The translations under genes and the position numbers were made by a program. From the NCBI GenBank assembly GCA_030390025.1, contig CM059425.1:163620001-163684000 (forward strand): DNA of 64,000 bases, given 5' to 3'. The number at the start of each line of letters is the position of its first letter. Within the stretch, counting starts at the first letter, position 1. Below the pieces are notes generated by a model. It had not been told where the DNA came from. It ran no database searches and saw only the letters and a list, made by a program, of their open reading frames with translations. The DNA is from Squalus acanthias. Its lineage: Eukaryota. Positions 1-12,175 of the stretch are shown here, in pieces.

Positions 1-31
1 ATTTGGGAATATCGAGATGACTATAAAAAAA

Positions 32-539
32 AGACTTGCATTTATATAGCACCTTTCACGACCACCAGATGTCCCAAAGCGCTTTACAACCAATGAAGTA
101 CTTTTTGAAGTGTAATCACTTTTAATGCAGGAAACACGGCAACCAATTTAAACACAGCAAGCTCCCCCAAACAGCAATGTGATAATGACCAAATAATCTG
201 TTTTTGTTACTTTATTTGAGGGATAAATATTGGCCAAGACACCAGGGATAACTCCCCTGCTCTTCTTCGAAAAAGTGCCATGGGATCTTTTACATCCACC
301 TGAGAGAGCAGACTTTCTCCCTGTGCAAACACACGCCAGAGAGAATAGGTGCAGATTGGTGGAGCCAAGGCATTGGTTTAACGTCTCATCCAAAAGACGG
401 CACCTCTGACAATGCAGCACTTCCTCAGTACTGCACTAGAGTGTTGGCCTAGATTTTTTATGCTCAAGTCTCTGGAGTGGGACTTGAACCCACCACATTC
501 TGACTCAGAGGCGAGGGTGCTACCAACTGAGCCATGGCT
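32..539 (-). mobile_element. tRNA-derived SINE with Deu-like core and L2-type 3' tail (SacSINE1-like), near full length
   Basis: Minus strand starts with a tRNA-like head (TGGCTCAGTTGGTAGC...GGTTCAAGTCC) and ends AAAGGTGCTATATAAATGCAAGTC; several copies in the window. Confidence 0.8.
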
Positions 540-570
540 GAAACTTGAAGCAGAAGTACAAACCTACAAA

Positions 571-1325
571 CATACGAACACTGACAGACAGGTAAAGACC
601 CTCTGGGTCCATCGAGCCTGTCCCACACAATTACGATATATGTATCACAATATATACACGCCACTCGAAACCATGTGATTTCCTGGGAGAGGCAAAAATA
701 GAGATAAAAACCCAGGCCAATTTAGTGAAAAAAAATCAGGGAAATTCCTTTCTGACCCATCTAGGCGATCGAAACTGGTCCAGGAGATCACTCTATCCCT
801 GAATTCCCTGCAGTACCTACCTTCTGTAAGAGGTGATCTCCGCCCCAGCCAGAAACAGGTCCAGCTCTCGCTTGAAGGAATTCAATGAATTAGCAGCCAC
901 CGCACGAGACAGCAGCCTGTTCCAGAGGTCCACTATTCTCTGGAAAAAGAACCATCTCCTGACATCTAACCCAGATCTAGCCTTATACAACTTAAATTTG
1001 TGACTCTGGTCCTCCCTAAGCTATTTAATTGAAACAAACTGTCAAATGGAACACAATATATTCCCTTCATTATTTTATAAACCTCAATCAGATCACCTCT
1101 AAGTCTACGCTTCTCTAAAGTGTAGAGTCCCAGCTCTTTTTGCCTGTCTTGATAACTAAGATGCTTTACACTGGGAATTAGTCTAGTGGCCCTCCTCTGC
1201 ACACTCGCCAAAGCCTCAATATCACCCACCATGTGAGGAGACCAAAACTGGACACAGCATTCCAAGTGAGGCCTGACCAAGGTCGTGTACAAGGACAAAA
1301 TAGTATGCCTCGTCTTATACTCCAA
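571..1325 (-). mobile_element. CR1 LINE, 3' fragment
   Basis: ORF 966..1337 has LYTTLVRPHLECCVQFWSP...RRLRGDLIEVYKI (CR1 ORF2 C-terminus); the same 3'UTR recurs at 63845-64000. Confidence 0.85.
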
Positions 1326-1982
1326 GAGAGCACACAAGTAAAGTAAATGGAGAGCTGTTGTGAATAAGGTCTCGTGCTATCATGCAGTGCTAATAAGGTA
1401 AACCAATAACATTTGGGAATAATCCATGGCAAAACACATCACTTTATCCTTCTGCCAAGATCTGCTCATAATCATGATAGCACAAAAAGTAGGCAACCAA
1501 CAAGCAAGACCTATCACTTCAATAAGGACAGGGTAAGTAGTGTCTTGTGGTCAAAGTAAATCCATGCCATTCAGCTGCGCAGTGTATGGCATCCACAAAA
1601 AAAATTCTAGAAAATGTTTTCATAGACTCAGGTAAGCTAGCAGTATTGATATTTCTATCGGACCACTTCTCTCTATCATACAATTTTTAGCCAGTTACCT
1701 GAGATTTAGGCTCCACTCAATCTCTTGCCTTTCAGTACCACGATGTGACTTTCAGAGACCAAAGCACGTAGCTCCACCTCTGTCACCTTCTGCAAGATGG
1801 AGGAAAATGTCATGAATCCTACAACATTCAGTATATCACAGGACATAAACCTTTTATCATCCTGACAGACAAATTTGTTCACCATTTTTCCTGAATATTC
1901 ATGCCCCTAGGGAATACAGAAATATTTTATTGAAATAAAAGGTAATGGAGCCTAGTGTTACCACATAATTGAATAAAAGTTA

Positions 1983-2377
1983 GAGACTTGCATTTATGTA
2001 GCTCATTTCATGTCCTCAGGACACCCCAAAGTGCTTCGCAACCATTGAATTACCTTTGAAGTGTAGTCACTGATGTAATGTAGGCAAATTTGGCAGCCAA
2101 TTTGAATACCACAAAGTCCCACAAACATTAATGAGATGAATGATCAGTTAATCTGATTTGGTTGAGGGACAAATGTTCCCAAAGACACTGGGAGAACTCC
2201 TTCTCTTCAGATAGTTCCATGGGATCTTTTACATCCAGTTGAACAGGCAGACGAGGCCTCAGCTTTAATATCCCATCTGAAGGACAGCACTTCTGACTAC
2301 CTCAGTACAGCACTCCAGGGTCAGCCTATGTCCTGGAGTGAACTCAGAGACAAGAAACCACTGAGCCAAGCTGACAC
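1983..2377 (-). mobile_element. Deu-like tRNA SINE, degraded copy
   Basis: Colinear similarity to 32-539. Confidence 0.75.
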
Positions 2378-3411
2378 TGGATTTAAAACTTAAATGGCCT
2401 GAAAGCCTGTGCAATTGGTTACTGAGCAATCACTGGCATAAGCTTTGGAATCAAATTCCCTTAAAAACTGAAATTGTTAGAATTTTTACCGCAGCACTGT
2501 GACTGCCAAGAATGCTACACGGCAGAAAGCTGCGGTCATTCTCCAACCGCTTTCCAGGCAGTCTCTTCAGCAAAGGCCAGAGAGTCCACCAAAATTATGC
2601 AATGCTGGAAAACGATTCAGGGTCAGGGATGCATCTTTGTGGCAGGCTGAAGTCCTTGTATGTTGAAGATATATTCCAACTCTAATACAATAAACATCTA
2701 GGCTATGAAATTGTTTACTTTTCTTGTGAGCTACATTGCACGCTTTTAAACTAAAATAAATAAATCTTCCTCCAAACAAGGGAAAGTTGAGAAGTTTTCC
2801 TTTGACTGCAAGCTAGTCAAGATGAATTGTACGTGAAAATTCATTTAATAATTGCCAAACCATTCACTGAAACAGAATGCCAGCAGAGGGCACCAAATAC
2901 TCATTAAATATTACTCTTAGTAGGCAACATGAGAATAATTGCCTAAAGTGAAAATGCTTCTTGAACGTGTGTTCTGTACCTTTATATAAACTGAGTTGAC
3001 GTGGTGTCTTTTTAAAGCAGAATCAAAACTGACATTTATCTGTCCCATTAAAAGTGGTACTGGCTGAAATTTATCCCAATAGTGAAAGCTTTTACAAGCT
3101 ATTATTTAGAGAGAACTAGGACTCACATTTATATAGGGTACATCTTCTGTTCAGCTAAAAGAGATGCATTGATATAGCACCTTTCACAACTTCAGGACAT
3201 CCCAAAGCCCTTGACAGCCAATTAAGTACTTTTGAAGTGTAGTCACTGTTGTAATGTCGGGAACGTGACAGCCAATTTGCACACAGCGGGGGTGGGGGAA
3301 CTCCCCTGCGCTTCTTCAAAATAGTACCATGGGCTCTTTCATGTCCACTTGAGAGGACAAAATTGAGAGGTCGCACAACACCAGGTTATAGTCCAACAGT
3401 TTTATTTGAAA

Positions 3412-3453
3412 TCACAAGCTTTCGGAGCTATCGATTGCTCCTTCCTCAGGTGA
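3412..3453 (-). ncRNA. Minimal type I hammerhead ribozyme motif (PLE family A)
   Basis: UCAC-CUGAGGA-A-GGAGC-AAUCGAUA-GCUCC-GAAA-GC-UU-GUGA: conserved core, helix II, helix I UCAC/GUGA. Confidence 0.7.
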
Positions 3454-3489
3454 AGTAAATTAGATACAGAATTCTGTATCTAATTTACT

Positions 3490-3531
3490 TCACCTGAGGA
3501 AGGAGCAATCGATAGCTCCGAAAGCTTGAGA
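3490..3531 (+). ncRNA. Hammerhead ribozyme motif, mirror copy with a helix I mismatch
   Basis: UCAC-CUGAGGA-A-GGAGC...GCUCC-GAAA-GC-UU-GAGA; the single mismatch of the palindrome falls in helix I. Confidence 0.55.
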
Positions 3532-5604
3532 TTTCAAATAAAACTGTTGGACTATAACCTGGTGTTGTGCGACCTCTCAATTTTGTCCACCCCAGTCCAA
3601 CACCGGCATCTCCGCATCATGACCACTTGAGAGGAGACAGGGTCTCGATTTAACATAGAATAGTACAGCACAGGAGGCCATTTGGCCCATCGAGTCTGTG
3701 CCAGCTCTTACAAAGAGCAACCCAGTTAGTCCAACTCCCTGCTCTCCCCATATCCCTGCAGTTTTTTCTCTTACCCGAAAGACAACACCTCCACAAGTGC
3801 AGCACTCCCTCAGTACTGCATTGGAGTATGAGCCCAGATTTTGTGCTCAATTATCTGGAATGGGACTTGAACCCACAACGCCACACTAACATGACCAGAA
3901 AGCTAATTTTCAGAACAAGAGTGTCTACTGTAAATTGAGTGTTTTATTCATAATTAACTATCAACACAATGTCTTCTATAATATATGTACTAGTGATGTT
4001 TATAAATTTGAGTTATAATGGCCAATGGCAACAATTGTTTGTTGTCTTCCAAATTAATGTGGATCTCTATTTTCTGGAATTCTTATTGTAGAAACATCTG
4101 TAGTTCAAGCATAGTTCAAAGTCTTATCAAGTCGCTCTAAGGATGCATATGATCTGCTCTCCAGAGGGAGAATACACCCTGACCACTCCACAGAGGGTCC
4201 AGGGTCCGCAATGACTGTACGGTTTAGTGGCGAAAGGACCACACATCAGTAGCAAGAACCTCCTATGCAGGCCAGGGACCACTGTAGACTGCAGTCAGGG
4301 AACAGAATTCCTGTACTGATAGGCGCTAGCCTTTCAACACCCCCCTCCATCCACTCAAAACACACTAGAGGGCATTGAATTGCTTCACCAGACCATTTAA
4401 TATTCTAAAGGCACTGTGCAGTCTGGTAATACCCAGCTGCACAATACTGCAATTTGTCTGGTGATGGTTAGTTGAGCAGATTGGTGCTCTACACTGGAGA
4501 GAAACAGAAACCTGCCTTTTCAAAAGATTCAGTGGAGGTTTGCAGGGCCAGCATTCGGTTCTGAGACACGCAACATGAATACCGGTTTACTAGTTCCCAA
4601 GTAAAGATTTTGTCCTCTGTAGTGCTTTTGATAACCAGAATTGGATTTCCATCAGACCCCAAAGTTGCTATCGCCACCCTACCTAAACTTTAAATTTGGG
4701 AGGTACCCAGCTGGCACCATTGTTTTTTTTCCAGGCCCATCAGGTTCTTTGAAAGAGTTCGATACCAATTTTCTTTAGATTCCTCAGATGATTTAGATCA
4801 ACATTAAAATTTGACAAGAGTGCCATGGAGCCTTCCGACCCCATCAGCTTACATTTCAACAAATTGTAAGAGTTGCTTAATTTAGGGCTTGCAAGAATTA
4901 TTGCCAGTAATCTGGTCAGATTGCTGAAACTAAACTCATGCTAGTAGCCATGTTTTACATTTAGCTGTACTAGTTTAACAGTGACCATTTGTATTTGTGG
5001 AGGCAATTCAGGTTTGTGATCTATAATGAAACTGAACCTTTTGGGACTATTAAACAATATTAGATGTAATTATGGTACAACTACTGTTAATTGTGAGCAT
5101 CAAATATCTACTTTTTAAGTGAAAAAGAAAACATCAATGGTATTTTCTCTGAAACAATGTGTTGCTTTGCTATGGTTTCTTATCCAGAATGGCAATGTGT
5201 GTCCACTAACTTGTTACTGTATCAGTTCTTCACACCACCCCTTCCTGGGATTCTCTGCCTCTTAGCCAACCTAAGAGAATTGTCTGAACTCTAAATTTCA
5301 CCATGTTACTGGAAATATTGTTTAAATTTCCTTGCAGGTTTTGGCAAAATGTAAAGTTAAAAATTGATCATCTAAAAGGCCATTTGACAAAGAGCAAACT
5401 CAATTCTGCCAAGCTCGACAAATGTTATAATTGCACCTTACACAATGAGCTGCATAGTAGGATATTAAACCCTCAAAAAAAACATAATCCCCTGGTTAGA
5501 CTGATATTACCTATGCCACTCGGGTCCCTTTTCTCAATTGAATCCTTCCATATCGACCAAAATGCTTAGAAACTAAACTTATGTTTGCTTACTAAAGTTA
5601 CATA

Positions 5605-6459
5605 GGGGGAGAAATTCAGTATCGCCCCATTTGGGGCGCAATTATCGGCCGGGCGCAAAGATTAGTGCCTGCCGCTAATTATCGCCTCCGACTGCAAACT
5701 TGACTTTTATCGCCCCTGGAGGTGATTGGAGCACTAAATCAGGTGCTACACACCTGTCTTAAGGCGCAAAGGCCGAGGAGCGAGGCGAAGCTCATGTGAT
5801 GTCAGTCAGCAATGGAACAGACACAATGGCGCGGACCAGTTCTTAAAGGGGAGGGTTGATCTTGCTTGCCATCCACATCCTGCTCATTGCAGCCTTGAAT
5901 CTCGGCCTGGAGAGACCTGTACATCAAATCTGCTGGAAAGAACAATGGAGAGAACCAGGGAAAGAGCTCAGAGTGCAGCCCCCACAGTCTCTTCTAAATT
6001 GATACAAGGAAGGGCAAATCAAAATGAACCTGCAAAGTGCTGCTCAGTACCCAAAACTCCTTCACACAGCATTGAATCTCTCCAGAAGTCTCTCTCTCTC
6101 TGAATGCGTGGTTCAAAAATGTCACCAATAAAAAAAGGCAGGAAGCGGTCGCCTTTAAATAGTGCTACCCCAGTTCCTTCCTGACTGCAAAACGCTCCCC
6201 TCAACCTGTTGTTGCTAGAGGCAGGTGGAAAAGCAGGGGGCGCCACTCAATATCCGCTCCGGGGCGCTACGCACTCGACTGACGTCACGATCTGCCAGCG
6301 CAGGAGATCGTGGCGGTACTGTTTAGCGCTGCCGCAAAATGTCTGGTTAATTTCGTGAGCGGCGCAAACATCGCCGCGCCCGGGCGCTAGTTGCTTTGTG
6401 CCCCATTAGCGCCCTCTTAAGGCGCTAACGGGAGGCGCAACCAACTGAATTTTTCCCCC
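5605..6459. mobile_element. Non-autonomous DNA transposon, PIF/Harbinger-like
   Basis: TIRs GGGGGAGAAATTCAGT / ACTGAATTTTTCCCCC, 3-bp TSD ATA, GC/CpG-rich interior with repeated GGCGC. Confidence 0.75.
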
Positions 6460-6789
6460 ATAATTTTTAACGTGAAAAGATTTTCCATTCAGGAGGATCT
6501 CAATTTTTGGAGTCAGTGGTTTCATGTGTAAAATTATTTTTCCAGTATGCTGGGAACCCTTAAAGTAAGAAAATGTTGGACATAGTCAACTATGAAACAC
6601 ATCCCATCTTTTTACATGCTGACTTGCACATTCCTAGCATTTGCTGTTTTTATTTCACAATTCCAGTATGTGCAATCTTTCTTTCAATTTCTGTTCGCTT
6701 ATTTGGTTGAAAATCCAGACCTCCTAGAAATAAGACAGCAGTTTGGGGGGTTTTTGAGACACACAGAGCATCAACCTAGGACGCAAATA

Positions 6790-7212
6790 TTAAATCGGAA
6801 CTCGCAGACCTACATTGGCTCTGGGTCCAGCAACACCTCAAATTTAAATTTCTCATCCTTGTATTCAAATCGCTCCATGGCCATGACCCTATTTCTGTAA
6901 CCTCCTCCAACCCTACAATCCTCCAAGAACTCTTCATTCCTCCAATTCATCCCCAATTTCCTTCGCTGCACCACTGGCGGTCATGTCTTCAGCAGTCGAA
7001 GCCCCAAGCTCTGGAATTCCCGCCCTAAAACTCTCCAACCCTCTTTTTTCCTTTAAGACGTTCCTTAAAACCTACCTCTGATACAAGATTTTGGTCACTT
7101 GTCCTAATATTGTCCTTTAGTGGCTCCGTGTCAAATTTTGTCTGATAACGCTCCTTGAAGTGCCTTGGGATGTTTTACTACGTTAAAGGCGCTATAAAAA
7201 TACAAGTTGTTG
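6790..7212 (+). mobile_element. L2 LINE 3' end
   Basis: GACCTACATTGGCT...CTCTGGAATTCC...tail AAAGGCGCTATAAAAATACAAGTTGTTG; homologous to 41030-41870. Confidence 0.75.
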
Positions 7213-7544
7213 AGATGAATGGACAGCCCAATAGCTCTACTAGAATGTCAAAACAAACCAATTTCACTACTTTTCTGCTGGCCTGTATGATAGACTACTT
7301 TACAAGACAATTCAAGAAACTAGAAGGTCCAATCTAGAAATGCAGAGATACTGCTGGTTGGTTTCACAGCACCATGAAAAAGTCACTCTTCCAAAAAAGG
7401 AAAACACTGAAGACTGCAGCACAGAAGAGGAGGAAAAAATGTTTCCTTTATGTTCTACCTTTTAAATATGTTCTTGAGTTTCATGACAGTGACTACCACA
7501 TTAAAATACTAGCTACTTAATAATCGTAATAAAACACAAGACTT

Positions 7545-10500
7545 CTCATATGCAAAGTTGATATTTTAATGTAATTTTTTTTTAAATAAACAGCTTACAT
7601 TACATGTGGAATGGAGGCATTGTGGCTCAAATATTACGTTGTATTTATCAGCGAAAACACTCCTGCGGCATTTCCAGTTTCAATGGTCCAAACTAGATGG
7701 TAAAGATTTACTGTGTAATTCAGAAATCAAAAGACATTCACAACTGCTATAAGAGACTATCAAGAATCTAACACATTCCAGTTATGTTTTAATTCCTTCC
7801 ATTCTTTGTCATCTGTAGTGTTGAATACTATTTCATACCTTTCCAAAACAATTCAAACTGCTGGCTTCAACTGCATCCATCAGGGACACACGAGGAAGAG
7901 AAACAATTAAATTAGCAATTTGAAGACTTCAAAAGTATTGAGGCAGAAACCTATCCATCTGACACACATTAATACTAAGATTATAGAAAAGATAGGCATT
8001 AAAGGGCAACAATACAAGAATGGAGAGAAAAAATATCACTTTCCCAAACAAATACTGTTTTACAAGGAATGAAATTTCACTTTACTAGTAATCCAATAAA
8101 AACCACCCGAAGCTGCTAGCAAATGAATTAACAGCTCAGAATTTAATACTGTGATATATTTATACCAATACTAGTATTTGTTACTCTTTGTTTTTAGAGT
8201 AACTATCAATATTTTGGAATAGGAGAGAAACTGTTAATTTGCATCCTCTGCAACTGAATATTCGAGTAAGTATGGGCATTAAACATTTTTATTTCAGGGT
8301 TGCATATGTTGCCACAGTACCACTGATTGTTGAAAACAGTTGCACTTAGATTAAACTGATCACAAATGGTCATCCATTTCTTTAATAATTTTAACTCCAA
8401 ATTGGGCTTTTATTTTGGAACAATGATTTCCATTTGCCAGTTAAATGGAGAACTTTGATTGCATTTGTTTTCATATTTTTAAAACTAAATCCATTAATGA
8501 AATGTAATGATCAGAACTAATCAGTTTTTATATAAAACATTTAAAGCTGGACCTCTGATTGCAGCATCTTCAATGAATGCAACACCTTGGCTATAAACCA
8601 GATACTTGCAACAGTAAATGTTTGCTTCAACAAAGCCTCGAGTACACCAGTTTTACAGTACAACTGAGACCCTTCCAATAACTACATGGATCAGATAGTA
8701 TTAAAAACAGTACACACAAATCTTCATGTCACTGTACTGCTCGTTATTAAACCACTATCCCTTTAAGCATACAAAACTGAATAATTAAGGAAGATTTTTA
8801 CTATATTCTTGTTCAAAGTAGCAACACAGCAGGTGCTGCAGAACACATTTTAAACGAATGTAGGCAGCTTTGGTGTAAACAGCATTGTTTGTAAATTAAA
8901 TCAACTTCTTTAAAATTTGCAATAACTACTCTGGAATGGTTTACTAAAAGTCTAATTGCGGATAGGAATTTATGCAGTGGGACTATTGAAGCTAATTATC
9001 TATTTTTCTGAAGTCAAAGTTTAGTGTAGTTACTAAGGAATAGGGTTCAAGTACTTTCTGGCTTCAGTCCAAAATTGGATCCTCTAAATACAAAAACAAA
9101 ATTTTAAGACTATGCTAAAAATGAAAATGGCTTTCCCATAGCCACCCTATATTAGGATGGATATTGTGTGTGCCAGGTCATGCTCCTTAGCTTTACAAAA
9201 CAACTTTACTTACACTAAGAAGCATAGTTAAGGTTTTGACTTTAAGGCTACTCTTAGCATTGGTGGAACTGGTGAAATAAATCACAGTTTCAAGTATGAT
9301 ATGGATCTGGGTTACAGGACAAACCTGCAACAATAAACCATGGTCTTCCCCTCCTCAAGCAAACTACCACAGATCTAAAATACATTCCTACTGTGAGGCC
9401 ACACTTTGTCTCCACTAGGTTACTATGAAATAAACAGACGGAAAAAAAAAAGGCAGCTCAGTAGTACAGATTACTGTTCTATTTAAAGTGATAGGCACAG
9501 CCAAAAATTCAATTTTTCCAAAAGGGTTCCATTCGTGATTTGGCACTTATCCCTAGTGACTACATTATATATACTTGTAAATGTTTGTCAATTAAAGTAG
9601 AGTTTTTATTTTTGGCAAGGAGAAAAACTAGAAACATCTATTGTTTGAATTTGTATCTGAGTAGCTTTACAGACATTAAAGGAGCCTTGAACACTGCTAA
9701 TAATGACTAACGCACATCAAAACTAATTTTCAGGTACATGCTAATTGTGCAGTGGGATGGTTTTGAAGTGGATATATATCCAACAGTGACTGGAACATGG
9801 GAAATCCCAAAAGCCTTACTGTAGATATTAAGTACAATTAAACCGATTTATATTTCTACAATTATCTCAATTCGAGTTCAAATGGCTTCAAGGCCTTCCA
9901 GAAAGTTTGAAAAGTTATGGTGTTGCAGTAGGTTAATATTTTGTTGCACCCAAGGGTGTACATATTTAATACAAATGAGTAATATCACTGAATGAATTTT
10001 AAGACTGGATGAGGTATACAAAGCAACACATCATAACTGGAATCTAATTTATGTAACAATTACATTTCTGGTGTCAAATGCTATCCCATATCATTGATAC
10101 ACAGAATTTACCAGTGTGGACAAATCCCAAGTCAGGAGGAGATTTTTTTTATTTTATTTAAATAAACCTAAATGACTAAAGTGAAATGCTGATTTTAAAA
10201 AAAAAACTGGCTTCTTGTAGTTAAGGGATCCACAAATTATCAATGCAAATGTCATTAATAATAATAATTTGGGGTATTTGAGGAAGACAATCTTGGCTTC
10301 ATCATTAATAAAATAAAGAACTTTAATTAAGATGGGAATAACTGGTAAAGCACCAATACAAAATGATTGTGAAGTGTGAATCAAGTTTATAGTCCTTGGT
10401 GGATCTCATGCCAGTGATTAGTACCGTAAATCTACCATGAATAATGCATCACATTTGGACTCTCCCTCATTGACACCTAAACTACAATGTTCAAAATTAG

Positions 10501-12058
10501 TCTTTGAGATAGGAAGAGCAAGTTTCATGGTTTACAGCACGACTGAAGATACCAGAATTTGGAGTGAAGCTGGAGACACAGGAATTTATTAAAGATTCAA
10601 CCAAACATTTGGCAAACTTTCCAACACTCATTTGTAAACATTATGCTTCCCTTTTCAATTGGCAGCACTTTGAAAAGACAAAAATTACATAGATTAATAT
10701 TAGTCTTAATATTAATCCAAAACCTTGCATCTTCCAACCAAATAACTTAATGTTCCCACATGATAAATTAACTACCATATCAATAGGCATTATACCAACT
10801 GAAATGCAATGCACTGGTTTAAGTACAGAGACACTTTATAAATTCAAATGATTTCTTTGTGCTGTTTGATGGTCACAGTATTAGAATTAAATACATCTGT
10901 TTTCAGTTATATTCCTGGCACGCAGGAGAACAAATCTTAAATAAACTAGTACATGCAGGTGACTGCTTCTTTGTATATAATTTGTTTTCAAAAATACTTT
11001 AAAGTAGTATACAAATAAGTCTCCTACATGAAGGTTAGTTTCTTAATTTCCCCAAAACTATAGATCTCTTTCAAATTTTGCACAGTAGCAACGTTTCCAT
11101 ATTAATAAAGCTGATAAATCACGAAATGGAAAGGCTTTAATTTCCATGGAGGAAGTAGTACATTTATAGGAAATACCTACAATAACACTCATCAGTTGTT
11201 TTGTCCTGAGCATTTGGCTACAGAGAGCAGCTTACTCTCTTCCCCCTCAAGATGTATATTACATCACATTTACACACACACACATACATTCACAGACACT
11301 CTCTCACACATGCACAAACTGGGTAGGCCACAGTTAGCTTCCCAATTGTATAGGATAGAAGGAAGCTATGTGTAGCTAATGGTCACTATACTAAGTGTAC
11401 ATAAGCAAACACCTTAAGGCAAGGGGCATAGGGGCTGAACTTCTTGTTTGCATTTTTAGCATATGGTTTGAAATTGCAGCAGAGTGTAAAGAATTATAGG
11501 CAGTTTGTAGTGCTCATCATACTTTTCATTCTCTAAACCATTAACATTTCTATGAATACTTTTTGAAAACTATCTGTGCAAATTGCCTTAGGAACCTTCA
11601 ACCACATAAGGCAGAGTGTTTAAATTAGCAGAATGTAGGAAGTACCACATCTTTGTTTATTCAACTGTTAGAGTTTGTTGTTAGTGCTATCAATTGTTAT
11701 TGTACAAATCAAATCAGACTACAGGAGAGTCCAATTACTCAGTCTAATGTGATCAGTTTGGATAAACAAAAACATATTGGTATGTAAAAGAGTAAAAAGG
11801 AAGATGGAGGTTCTAAAGCAAAGAGCATCAATTTGTAAGAAATGGCGGGGGGGGGGGAGGGGAGAGGGGGAGCGCAGCATAGGTGCTTCAGGAAGTAACA
11901 GAACTCAAATCATCAAATCATGAAACTTCTGAAAACTTTCAAATCTCAGACACCATACCTAGAATAATGTTTTCCAAAATTCAAAATAAATTAGCTTTTT
12001 TTGTTATTACACATCTCCTTCTGATCATAGAACAATATTGCAAACTGTCCAGTGAGTT
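7545..12058 (-). other. ELL2: Probable long ELL2 3'UTR
   Basis: AT-rich sequence downstream of the stop with no recognisable transposons. Candidate distal poly(A) signal ATTAAA (plus-strand tttaat 7565-7570) followed by a GU/U-rich tract. The 3' end is inferred. Confidence 0.6.
7565..7570 (-). promoter_or_regulatory. Candidate distal polyadenylation signal (ATTAAA)
   Basis: Minus strand reads ATTAAA-ATATCAACTTTGCA-TATGAGAAGTCTTGTGTTTTATT, with a CA and a GU-rich downstream element at suitable spacing. Other AATAAA sites also exist, e.g. 10585-10590. Confidence 0.4.
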
Positions 12059-12175
12059 CTAATGCCATGATTGTTGCTGTTGCTTGTCATAATCTGCTAT
12101 TAGTCTCTTAATGTGAGCCAGTTTGTTATGCAGGTATTCACATCTATGTTTCTCTTCATGGTAATTGGGACTATT
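12059..12175 (-). CDS. ELL2: ELL2 last coding exon (C-terminus of occludin/ELL domain; equivalent to mammalian exon 12)
   Basis: After the acceptor ...cctacag it reads NSPNYHEEKHRCEYLHNKLAHIKRLIADYDKQQQQSWH* (TAG at 12059-12061), matching the ELL2 C-terminus. 117 nt, phase 0. Confidence 0.96.
   Translation of the reverse strand, partial: NSPNYHEEKHRCEYLHNKLAHIKRLIADYDKQQQQSWH

Larger units (their letters stand above)
3358..3622. mobile_element. Non-coding Penelope-like (PLE) terminal-repeat foldback insertion
   Basis: 234-bp palindrome 3355-3588 plus a tail nearly identical to the PLE end at 23593-23634; target duplication CCACTTGAGAGGA at 3345-3357 and 3623-3635. Confidence 0.85.
3160..3890 (-). 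mobile_element. Deu-like tRNA SINE interrupted by a Penelope-derived palindrome
   Basis: SINE tail at 3160-3357 and SINE head to ~3890, split by the insertion at 3358-3622. Confidence 0.7.

Noticed and set aside
460..539. tRNA-like sequences (also ~17035, ~29140, ~37630, ~63170)
   Set aside because: SINE heads with A/B boxes but no complete cloverleaf; not tRNA genes.
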